A stretch of DNA of 64,000 nt from Mantamonas sphyraenae STR306 (lineage: Eukaryota > Protista > CRuMs), in assembly GCA_026936335.1 (NCBI GenBank), contig JAPMXV010000025.1:1-64000 (forward strand), in the 5' to 3' direction. The position numbers and the translations under genes are program-made. Below, piece by piece: positions 1 through 9,630 of the stretch (position 1 is the first letter of the stretch; each line of letters starts with the position of its first letter). The notes under the pieces are model-generated. The model saw only the letters and a program-made list of their open reading frames with translations, was not told the DNA's origin and did no database searches.

Positions 1-125
1 CCTAACCCTAACCCTAACCCTAACCCTAACCCTAACCCTAACCCTAACCCTAACCCTAACCCTAACCCTAACCCTAACCCTAACCCTAACCCTAGCCCTA
101 GCCCTAACCCTAACCCTAACCCTAA
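1..125 (+). repeat. Telomeric repeat array (CCCTAA)n, i.e. TTAGGG on the minus strand; chromosome end
   Basis: Uninterrupted CCCTAA hexamers from base 1, with two CCCTAG variant units near 90-101, then an abrupt switch to unique sequence. Confidence 0.98.
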
Positions 126-498
126 ATCCCGCATCCTGACCCATACCGCGTTTCCGGTCTAGCCCCCCTGTTGCGTTCATCAGGGTGAACGTTTCCAAAG
201 TCTGGGTTTTCGTCAAAGTCTATCCTTCTTAAGTGTTGTTCGATTGTTGATGTGATGAGTCCGGTCTAGGTCAGGTGAGTTGTGCTTGTGTCTGCTGGCG
301 GGGTGGCTGAGTTGGGTGGTGATATGGGGCAGTGGGCAATGGGTGGGAGTGGAAATGTCGCAGGTGAGTGGCCGTCGTCTTGCAACGCCACGCAGTCAGC
401 ACTGCCCATCCGCCTTCAACCAAAATATCACCAACACCCACAACACCCTCCAGCTGTCCAACACAATCCACATACACTCCAGTTCCACCACCACCACC

Positions 499-3400
499 AT
501 GGACAAAGACTACTCAAGCACTCCGAAGCAACAACACACACCCAACACCTACCCATCGTGCGTTCTGCCTTCCACTCCGTTTTCTGACTGCCCGCTGTTC
601 CCGCTTCCTTGCCTCCTCCATGCCTCCGGCGCTTCCCTGCACTCCTCCCCTGCATCTCCACTTCCCCATCACCACCGCTGCTGCATTCTCCGCCCTTCTC
701 CGATCCCCTCTCCCCTGTCACTGCCCTCCCCGTTGCCAGTTTTCCGGTCTGCCAATCTCCTCCGTTTTCCCTCTTTGCTCGTTCCAGCCTCCCTTCACCC
801 TGCTTCTGCCCTGACTGCGTCCATTCCGCCTTCCGCTCACCGTTCCAATCCCACCCCCCCCCTCCCCGTCTTCCACACAGCTACGGGTTCATGGTCCCTC
901 CCATGGCTGCCCAGCCGTTTCCGAACACGCTGCCCGTCTCTGGCGTACAAATCCCGTACCAGCACCCACAGCCACCCATCATCTGGGTCCCTGTCAACAC
1001 CCATCCCCAGCAGCACCACGCATATGCTTCTCAGGGCCACCCATACTACGCCTACCCTCCTCCGCCGCCTCCGCAGCCGCGACAAACCGCCCAGATGCAC
1101 TTCGCTCAGCCTCCGTTTCACCCTCCGCCTGCTCAAACCGCCACAAATCACAACGGCGTCCCCAAACGCATCAGCCCTGCCTTTATCGGCATCACACGGA
1201 CCACATCGACCACCACATCGTCGTCCTCCACCCACCAGGCCACACGGCAGACTGGAGACAGCGACGACAACGACGCAGACCAAGACACACCCACACATGA
1301 CACCGGCGACGTGGAGGACCTGATGTTCCTGAACTTTGGCCACCGTGAACCACGGTCAATCACCAGCAGCTCAGAGTGGATGACCAGCTCAAGGATGGAG
1401 GCGTACAACGAAGACGGCGAGGCAAACGACGCAACCCAGCAGCAAGTGGACGACGAGGTGGAAACTCAGGGCTCACTCAGCCTTGCAGACACTGGTGATG
1501 CCATGAATGAGGAGTACATGCCGCCAGACGACTGCGACGACGACACAGACGACATGCAGGAGAATACGGACGAATGGCAGCCGGGACGCACAAGTAGAGG
1601 CCACATACGGCGTCGCAGAGGCCACCTCAACCGTCATGCTGGTCCACAGAAGATGGAAGGCAACGGACGCAGGCTCAGGGTCACGGCTGGCAGTGGCACC
1701 GAGACAGGAACGTCGAGCACACGGGCAAGGATGGCTAGGAATGGAGACACCGGCGCACGGAAGAAAGCAGGTGTGGACAAGACGAATAAGTTGCCAGATG
1801 GTGTTGTGCGCAAAGGGTGGACAACGGGACACAGTGACGAGCGCAGCCACAGCAACAAGAAGGAGCACACGGCACTGCTTAACCACATGCGCACTCTGGC
1901 CAATGAGCATCCCATCGACGACATCCCCGACCTCATGACCCTGCAGGCGCGTGTTGTGGTCTGCCATGGCACCCTGTTGACGCTTGTCCGACAGATCCGG
2001 CTCGCTCTGGGCAACATTCCCCTCTCCCAGGGTGACATGGCCTTCTGCCTCACCCTTGTCGGCCGTGACATGGATCAGAGCGGATGCTGCCTTGCCATCC
2101 ACGACGCTGGTCTGGCCATGGGTGTGACAAAGACTGGGTTGAAGGTGTGCTGGCTGGAGGAGCCACACGATCACGGCGACCCCAACTACGCCCTCCTCCA
2201 CCTGCTCATGACAGAGATGGACACCCTTGGCAACAGGCCCCATCCCACCACCTGGAAGGATCACGAGCAGACCCAGCTGTGGCTGCAGAAGGCACGACAC
2301 CCTGCTGACAACGACAGCGACCCACACTGGACACAGTGCGACTACGACCACCACCTCACCACCACCACGGTGGACAGGTGGCATCCTGAGTCTGAGCGCA
2401 GTGGCTGGAACAGGGGCAATCACAACGACGAGCGTGGCAGCTGCACGGCGCGGGAGTTCCAGACGCTGCTGGCACACATGAAGGCACGCGCAGCCAGGCA
2501 CCCTCCCCATCTGCACGCACACGAGCACCATGCTCTGCGTGAGCTGATCAACAACGGCAGCCTGCTGTCCCTGCTGCGACACATCATCCTGGCGCTGGGC
2601 AACGTTGGCGTGCCCCCTGTCGACCTGGCATTCTTTGTCCGCCTCCTCAGACCACAGCTCACCTACAAGAAGGTGCAAAATGCCATCAGCAACATCCTCA
2701 CCCGCGGTGTCACCTCCCTCTCCCTCAAGATCGCCTGGCTCGACAACCCCCAACCCAGCGACGCCACACTGCACACCCTCCTGCACACCCTCATCGACCG
2801 CATCACACCCCACATCACCACCCGCCCCACCACCGTCGACGCCGTCAACACCCTCGACATCCCAGAGCTCGTTCTGACCAAGCCAACGAAGGAGGAGAAG
2901 ATGGCCGTGGAGGATGGACTGCCAGATGGCGTCGCGCGCAGTGGCTGGACATGCTGGCGGAAGAGCGAGCGCAGCCACAGCAACAAGAAGGAGCACTCGA
3001 CACTACTGAAACACATGCACAGCCTGGCGAACGAGCATCCCATCGACGACATCACTGACCTCATGAACCTGCAGGCGCGTGTTGTGGTCTGTCATGGCAC
3101 CCTGTTGACGCTGGTCCGACAGATTCAACTCGCTCTGGGCAACATTCCCCTCTCCCAGGGCGACATGGCCTTCTTTCTCACCCTTCTCGGCCGTGACATG
3201 GATCAACAGGCGTGCAGATTGGCCATCCACGACGCTGGTCTGGCCATGGGTGTGACAAAGACTGGGTTGAAGGTGTGCTGGCTGGAGGAACCACACGACC
3301 ACGGCGACCCCAACTACGCCCTCCTCCACCTGCTCATGACAGAGATGGACACTCTCGGCGACAGGCCCCATCCCACCACCTGGAAGCAGCACAAGCAGAC

Positions 3401-4073
3401 CCAGGTGTGGCTGCAGGAAGCACGACGCCCTGCTGACAACGACAGCGACCCACACTGGACACAATGCGACTACGACCTCCACCTCACCACCATCAAGGTG
3501 GACAAGTGGCTTCCCGACTCTGTGCGCAGTGGCTGGAGCACCAACCGGCACAACGACGAGCGTGGCAGCTGCACGGCACGGGAGTTTCAGACGCTGCTGG
3601 CACACATGAAGGCACGCGCAGCCAAGTACCCCCGCCATCAGCACACACACGAGAACCATGCACTGCGTGAGCTGATCAACAACGGCAGCCTGAACTCCCT
3701 GGTGCGACACATCATCCTGGCGCTGGGCAACGTTGGCGTGCCCCCTGTCGACCTGGCCTTCTTCGTCCGCCTCCTCAGGCCACGCCTCACCTACAAGAAT
3801 GTGCAAATTGCCATCAAGGACACCCTCACCCGCGGCGTCACCTCCCTCTCCCTCAAGATCGCCTGGCTCGACAACCGCCAACCCAGCGACGCCACACTGC
3901 ACACCCTCCTGCACACCCTCATCGACCGCATCACACCCCACATCACCACACGCCCCACCACCATCGCACTCGTCAACGCCTACCCCATCCCCTCCTTCAC
4001 CCTTCCCAAGCGCAAAGACCCTTCCTCCTCCTCCTCCTCTTCCTCCTCCTCCAAACGCCAACGCCTCGAATGA
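499..4073 (+). CDS. Orphan subtelomeric protein (~1083 aa): Pro/Gln-rich and acidic N-terminus, four copies of an unrecognised ~185-aa domain, C-terminal NLS-like KRK..KRQR. Model join(499..557,881..4073)
   Basis: Long ORF 609..4073. The ATG at 499 joins it in frame through a GTGCGT...CTCAC...ACAG intron (558..880, phase 2). An alternative start is ATG 891. Confidence 0.8.
1791..4000 (+). repeat. Intragenic tandem duplication with a 1128-nt (376-aa) period; each unit is itself an older A/B duplication
   Basis: LPDGV.R.GW starts at 1791 and again at 2919, and long near-identical DNA stretches follow (e.g. ...ctgcaggcgcgtgttgtggtctg...). Confidence 0.95.
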
Positions 4074-4102
4074 ACCCTTTCCCCCACTCGACCCCTATCC
4101 CT

Positions 4103-4900
4103 TCAAAAGGACGGCCATTCCTCCTTGCTGATCACACTCCACTGTTCACTCCTCTTCCACACGTTGCCTCTCCTCCTCCTCCGCTCCCTCCTCCTCTTCC
4201 TCCTCAAATCTCTCTCGCTTCTTCGTCTCCCCTGACCTCCCGACAGCGACCCTCGCCGGAGCAGCTCCCCTCCCCTCCCCCCAATCACCGTCTCCATCAC
4301 CTCATCTGGCAGTGTCACCCACTGTGCAGTCGGTTCGTACGCCTCCATCCCTCCACGCTCAAACATCGCCTCCCTCTCCTCCCCATTCATCACCAAGGCC
4401 ACCTCCATCGCCCCATCCACTTGCCCTCCCCATCCGATCCAATGCCACGCTTTCCTCCACCCTTCCTCCCTCACCATGTCCACCGTTTCCATCTTCGGCT
4501 TTGCACCCCACCCCCTCAACACCTCCACAATCCTCTCATCCCCTCCCTTCACCCCTCTCTCCAGCGCAGTCTCCTTCCCTCCATCCCTTGCAAACGTGTC
4601 CACAGGCACACCCCACTCCCACAACTCTCTCATCGTCTCCACATCCCCACACTCCACAAACTCCACATGCTGCTTCTGGTTTCTCTCCAACAGCGACTGC
4701 AACGCGACCTTGCAACGCCCTCAATCTTCCAGCAGGACCGATTGCCATTCATCGCCTGAGCAAGCGCTGCTGCACCTTCTGTCCTGATGCTGGTGTTCCC
4801 GAAGTCAAGTATCTGCAAGCTGTTGCTCTCACTCAGTGCCTGAGCCAGTGCTACTGCTCCTTCGTCCCCGGTACGAAAGGAAGCTGCCCTGCCCAGCCAA
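4103..4900 (-). pseudogene. 5'-truncated, frameshifted copy of the LRR-ankyrin-C-terminal-F-box-like gene family
   Basis: GDEGAVALAQAL...NRSCWKIEGV (frame of ORF 4630..5055) continues after a 1-nt shift near 4705 into LQSLLERN...GWRKAWHWIGWGGQVD...WVTLPDEVME (ORF 4103..4702). It is collinear with the 6790..8119 gene. It has no usable upstream ATG and its family stop is lost (read-on tail). Confidence 0.7.
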
Positions 4901-4919
4901 TCCAAGCCAACCACCGCAC

Positions 4920-6707
4920 ATGTCCAAGTCGTCAGAGGTGATGGACGTTTTGCGAAAAGGCAACAAGGCAAAGGCGCGTGCATTCTTTCGCACGCAATGT
5001 GGCATGGTCTTAAGTCAGCAGCACCTGACAGTGGAGGACCTGGACCTGCTGGCAAGCGTTTTCCTTGGTGACTCGTCGATCCCTTTCAAGCGCCTCGAAC
5101 TGAGCTACATCACCACAGAGTCCACCTCATCCCTGTTTGAATTCCTTGCCACCACAGTTGCCGCTTCCTCCTCCTTGTGCCACATGACCTTGCACGTGAA
5201 AGTCGAGGAGGACGACGGCGACGGGGAAGCCGCGCAAGAGGCCCTCCAACGCCTCGCCACAGCCTTGGAGCAGCAGCGGCCGGGCATCTGGATTCTTTCT
5301 CTGCTCAATATGCCCATAGTGAACACACAGGTATTTACGCGGCTGGTCACAGGGCTGACGAATGCCAAGTTCAAGCGCCTTGGCCAGCTCCACCTTCAAA
5401 CGCTGCCGTTGGGAGACGAGAGCGTGCCTGCACTCTGCAATCTCATCCAATCCATGCCCAACCTGTCTTATCTCAGCATGCACTCGTGTGGGTTCTCCCT
5501 GGCCGGCTTGGTCGACGTTGCACAGGCAATCGGGGGCAGCACTTCGATCACAGGGCTCACCTTGTCTCTCCAATGCGACAAACGCCGCGACCAATACGCA
5601 TCGTCGTCGTCGGGAGAAGAAGAATCTCTTGATGATGGCATCCAAAAGGTGGTGGAAGGCATTCTCCAATCTTCGACGATTGAGAATCTCGACCTTTGCG
5701 ACATCCCTCGCACACGCCACGATGAACAGGGTGTGGCGAATGCCATGTCTGTGTTTGGTCACACCCCAAGGATTCTGAAGGTCGGAAACTTGAGCAGAGG
5801 AGTGCATCGGACCACGAGCAACCAAGGCAAAGGGAACCAAATCGTCTTGGGATTTCCCCATCTCACCAAACTCTTCGCCCTCCACCTCGACGACGGCCTC
5901 CAGTGGTCTCTGGATGCCTCCATTGCACTAGCCGATGCCCTTGGGGACATGAAGGAGCTGCGCAGTCTCACCTGGAAGCACATTGTCCATCCCGACGCTC
6001 TGGTCGCCCTCGCAGACGCCGTGCGTGTGCACCCGACACTTAAGTTTGTCCACGGCGACTTTCTCGATACATCTGCGTGGCGTGATGACGTGGCACAGGC
6101 CGTCAACCGCATGCTGGTGGACAACACCCGCTTGGAACGCGTCACCCTTGGCAAACGGTGCAATCCTTCCCCGTCCGAGACGCAAGCCTTGCTGCAGAAC
6201 GTCCACAGTGTCAATCTGCAATCGTTGTTCGACTCCTCGCCCCAACCGCAGCTCATCGAGGACAATGCCAAGCATGTGCGCAAAATATTCTCGGCTCTCG
6301 GCAGGCAGGACACAGACGACATGCGTGCCATCCTCGACTCGGGCGTGTCTGTGAATCCGCGCAAGAACCTTCACATGGCTTTGTGCGACAACGCGCTTGT
6401 GCGACGGAGTGTGCAAGGTTGGCAAGTATTGGAGGAGTACGGCCTTTGCGACGATCTCACCACATTCGAACGCACCTTGTGTCAGAGGAGAATCAGGTCC
6501 ATGCGCCGTTGGCACCGTGTGTGGCATTGGGTGGTGGAACAACACGTGGATGAGGCCGTGGAGACCTCCGTGATGATCAATTCCCACGAACGCGACCTGC
6601 TCTTTGACGCAGGTGACATGGACCACTACACACCATCGGCTCTGTGGTCGACACTGCCAGACGAAGTGATGGACAGGGTGCTGGGCTGGTTGGCATGCAT
6701 CCACTAG
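4920..6707 (+). CDS. RNI-like LRR protein (~595 aa) with degenerate ankyrin repeats and a C-terminal F-box-like motif (WSTLPDEVMDRVLGWL)
   Basis: ATG at 4920 within ORF 4836..6707. LRR motifs include LGQLHLQTLPLGDESV, LSYLSMHSCGFS and IENLDLCD. The C-terminal ~70 aa align with the 6790 and 8764 genes. Confidence 0.85.
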   Translation: MSKSSEVMDVLRKGNKAKARAFFRTQCGMVLSQQHLTVEDLDLLASVFLGDSSIPFKRLELSYITTESTSSLFEFLATTVAASSSLCHMTLHVKVEEDDGDGEAAQEALQRLATALEQQRPGIWILSLLNMPIVNTQVFTRLVTGLTNAKFKRLGQLHLQTLPLGDESVPALCNLIQSMPNLSYLSMHSCGFSLAGLVDVAQAIGGSTSITGLTLSLQCDKRRDQYASSSSGEEESLDDGIQKVVEGILQSSTIENLDLCDIPRTRHDEQGVANAMSVFGHTPRILKVGNLSRGVHRTTSNQGKGNQIVLGFPHLTKLFALHLDDGLQWSLDASIALADALGDMKELRSLTWKHIVHPDALVALADAVRVHPTLKFVHGDFLDTSAWRDDVAQAVNRMLVDNTRLERVTLGKRCNPSPSETQALLQNVHSVNLQSLFDSSPQPQLIEDNAKHVRKIFSALGRQDTDDMRAILDSGVSVNPRKNLHMALCDNALVRRSVQGWQVLEEYGLCDDLTTFERTLCQRRIRSMRRWHRVWHWVVEQHVDEAVETSVMINSHERDLLFDAGDMDHYTPSALWSTLPDEVMDRVLGWLACIH

Positions 6708-6715
6708 CGGAGGAG

Positions 6716-6770
6716 TCCTCCTCCTCCTCCTCCTCCAAACGCCAACGCCAACGCCTCGATGAACCCTTTC
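6716..6770 (+). repeat. Orphan copy of the 3' end of the 499..4073 gene (matches ~4030-4081)
   Basis: (tcc)n-aaacgccaacgcc..tcga.tgaacccttt occurs at both 4030-4081 and 6716-6770. Both are followed by the 3' end of a minus-strand LRR-ANK family copy. Confidence 0.9.
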
Positions 6771-6789
6771 ATTCCCACACCCTGCCCTC

Positions 6790-8119
6790 TCACCCTCCTC
6801 CCCTCCCCACCCACCCACTCACCCTCTCCATCACCTCATCTGGCAGTGTCATCCACTGTGCAGTCGGTTCATACGCCTCCATCCCACCACACGCAAACAT
6901 CGCCTCCCTCTCCTCCCCATTCATCACCAACGCCACCTCCATCGCCTCATCCACCTGTCCACCCCACCCAATCCAATGCCACGCCTTCCTCCACCCTTCC
7001 TTCCTCACCATCTCCACCGTAGCCCTTCTCAACCTCACACCTCTCCACCTCAACAACTCCACAGCCTCTTCCTTCCCAGCCCCCACCGCCACCTCCAGCG
7101 CCGTCTCCGTTCCCGTCAAGTACCCCGGACGCCAAGCATCCACACTCACCCCCCAACCCAACAGCTCCTCCATCTTCTCCCGGTCGCCGTTTTCCGCAGC
7201 GCGCACAAACGCTCGCCCTGCAGCCTCGTTGCGCCGCAGCAGAGACGCCACATCGTTCCCATACACCCCGTCCACCATCCAACATGCTCTGTTCTCCTCC
7301 AGTGCCTCTGCAACAGCCTTCGCCCCCAGATCTGCCACCCCGGAGTTTGCCAAGTCCACTTTCTGCAACGTAGCGCACTTTCCCAACGCCTTGGCCAGTG
7401 CAACCCCTCCCTCGTCACCAAACTCATTGTTCCGCACAGAAAGAAACTGCAGTGACCCACTCGCTGACACGCCTTTCGCCAGCTCCACCGCCCCTCGTTC
7501 TCCGATCTCGTTCTCCACCAGAAACAGCACCTTCAACGTCTTGTTCTGCCCCACACCAAACCCCAGCCCCTGTGCGCCCTCATCGCCGATTCCATTGTCG
7601 TTCAAAAGCAGCTTCTCCAACGTCCTGTTCTTCGAAAGCGCGAGGCCCAACGCCACCGCGCCCTTTCCTCCCACACGGTTCATCCCAATCACCAGTTCCA
7701 CCAATGTCGTGTTCCTCTCAAGCCCCTGCGCTATTGCCACGGCCCCATCCGCCCCTATTCGATTCTGCCCGAGCCTGAGCACCTCCAACGCAGCGTTCGC
7801 CATCAACATGTCACCCAGCGCGCTCGCCCCGTCATCTCCAATCTCATTTGTCGACAGATCCAGCTCTCTCATCACCTGACTCAAGATCATTCCCTGTCCC
7901 AGCAACGTAGCCCCGCCATCCCCCACGCTGGCGCCGTCCAGATCCACAACCTTCACTCCGCTGTTTGTCAGCCCTCCCGTTGCCCTCCGACCCACCCCGA
8001 CAACATACCGACCCTGCTCTTTCCAGCACCTTCACCACCTCATCCAACGTCGCCCCTCCTTCAAGCCTTGCCTTGATCTGCCCCCTCCAAAACGTTTTGA
8101 GCCCTTCTCTGCCAAACAT
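6790..8119 (-). CDS. NLRC3/RNI-like LRR + ~2 ankyrin repeats + C-terminal F-box-like motif (~425 aa). Model complement(join(6790..7960,8013..8119))
   Basis: About eight 28-aa LRRs (LDLSTNEIGDDGASALG, LRLGQNRIGADGAVAIA, LLLNDNGIGDEGAQGLG). Ankyrin-like AAENGDREKMEELLGWGVSVD...TALEVAVGAG. A 52-nt intron GTCGGT...CTGACAAACAG (7961..8012) joins ORF 7844..8119 in frame. Confidence 0.85.
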
Positions 8120-8217
8120 TCCTCCTGCGTACCCATGTCAGTCCCCCCTCCTCCTTCCCACCTTCACCCACCCACTCACACAAAAACTCTTGGCCCCGAA
8201 AGCGCGTTTCATTCCCT

Positions 8218-8724
8218 TCACGGCTCAAACTCTTTCCTCAACCCTTCCAGCTCCTCTTTCTTCCTCTCCACCTCCTCCACCACCTCCTCCCTCCTCTCCT
8301 CCAGCTCTCCAACTTTCCCATGCCCGTGTTCCCCATCCACAGCCTCTTCCAGCTGCTCCAGCACCTTGCTGGCCTGATCCAACTCCCCCACCACTGCCAC
8401 GACCCGCTCCTCCAACGCCGCCCGCTCCTCATCCTTCTCCTCCACCCTCAACACAACCCCTCCGTCCCCATCCCCATCCACAACCTCTTCCGCCAAACCC
8501 CCAAATCCCTTGTCCACGCTTCCCTTCCCTTCCATTTCTGCGTCCAAATCCGCCAATTGCCTCCGAAGCGTTCCCATCCTCTCCAACAGCTCGCTTCTCC
8601 TGTCCATCACCTCTTGGTGCACCTCTCCGTCCTCCCGAATACTCTCCAGCTCACTCTCCACTTCCTGCAATTCTGCAAACGCTTTGTTTTTCTCTTCCGC
8701 CACCACAGCTCGCGACCGCGACAT
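8218..8724 (-). CDS. Small Glu-rich coiled-coil protein (~168 aa), unknown function
   Basis: ATG at 8724 in AAAAATG context, with heptad-like helical segments on either side of a Gly-rich linker. No family recognised. Confidence 0.6.
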   Translation of the reverse strand: MSRSRAVVAEEKNKAFAELQEVESELESIREDGEVHQEVMDRRSELLERMGTLRRQLADLDAEMEGKGSVDKGFGGLAEEVVDGDGDGGVVLRVEEKDEERAALEERVVAVVGELDQASKVLEQLEEAVDGEHGHGKVGELEERREEVVEEVERKKEELEGLRKEFEP

Positions 8725-8763
8725 TTTTCTGCCTCCTCCGCCGCACACACACACCCTCCTCAC

Positions 8764-9567
8764 TCAAACTCCCCTCCCCACCCACCCAATCACCCTTTCC
8801 ATCACCTCATCCGGCAACGTCACCCACCCTACCCACCCTCCCTCCTCCAAATACCCCTCCATCCCACCTCGCGCAAACATCGCCTCCCTCTCCTCGCCAT
8901 TCATCGCCAGCGCCACCTCCATCGCCTCGTCCACTGTCCCTTCCATCATCCAATGCCACTCCCTCCTCCAACCCTTCTCCCGCACCACATCCGACGCAGA
9001 CGACTTGGGCCCCACCACATCGCCTCGCGCCCCGAGACGCCGCAGCTCCTCCACCCCCTCCCACCACTCTCCCTGCAACGCCATCCCCAGCGCCGTGCTC
9101 TCCTCGTCATCCCACGCATCCACCAACGCCCCACGCTCCACCGCACGACCCAACCCTCGCACATTTCTCTCCACCACCGCGTCCAACAGGTCCCACGTCA
9201 CGTCTGCCCTTGTGTCCAACACCTCGCTCACTGCACCCACGCCTGCGCCCCGAAACACCCGCACGCTCTTGCTTTCCTGCTCCACCGCCCACACCAACTC
9301 GCCAAACCCGTTGCTCCACGCCTCCGCCCCGCCCTCCACCACAACTTCCTGCAGCACCTTGTTTTCTCCAATCACCTTTGCCAACGCCGCGCTCACTTCC
9401 TGGCCCGCCGCCTCCTTCACCACCAGCTTCCGCACACGCGTACGCACAAACTCTTCCCGCAACGCCTCCAACGCCCTCTCCTCACCCGTCACCTCCAGCC
9501 ACTGCACCCTATCTCTGTCCAACCCCTCCTCTCCCCATACTCCCTTTCGTGCATCGCCTACGTCCAT
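8764..9567 (-). CDS. Short member of the LRR-ankyrin-C-terminal-F-box-like family (~267 aa) with degenerate LRRs
   Basis: Ankyrin-like AVERGALVDAWDDEESTALGMAL, and the family C-terminus GWRREWHW..VDEAMEVALAMNGEEREAMF...WVTLPDEVMERVIGWV. First ATG is at 9567. Confidence 0.8.
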   Translation of the reverse strand: MDVGDARKGVWGEEGLDRDRVQWLEVTGEERALEALREEFVRTRVRKLVVKEAAGQEVSAALAKVIGENKVLQEVVVEGGAEAWSNGFGELVWAVEQESKSVRVFRGAGVGAVSEVLDTRADVTWDLLDAVVERNVRGLGRAVERGALVDAWDDEESTALGMALQGEWWEGVEELRRLGARGDVVGPKSSASDVVREKGWRREWHWMMEGTVDEAMEVALAMNGEEREAMFARGGMEGYLEEGGWVGWVTLPDEVMERVIGWVGRGV

Positions 9568-9630
9568 GCCCAATGTTCTCAAACACTCGTTTTGTTGCGC
9601 AACCTCACGCACGTCTCTCTCACGCCTTCC

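Noticed and set aside
1791-4000. 1.1-kb direct repeats as LTRs or a telomeric retroelement
   Set aside because: The repeats are adjacent, in frame and coding. No RT, integrase, transposase or helicase motifs were seen anywhere in the window.
8030-8766. TGA reassignment to an amino acid (non-standard genetic code)
   Set aside because: TGA ends RPN1, API5, BLTP2-like, the VPS9 gene and SZT2 at expected positions, and Trp is encoded by TGG throughout.
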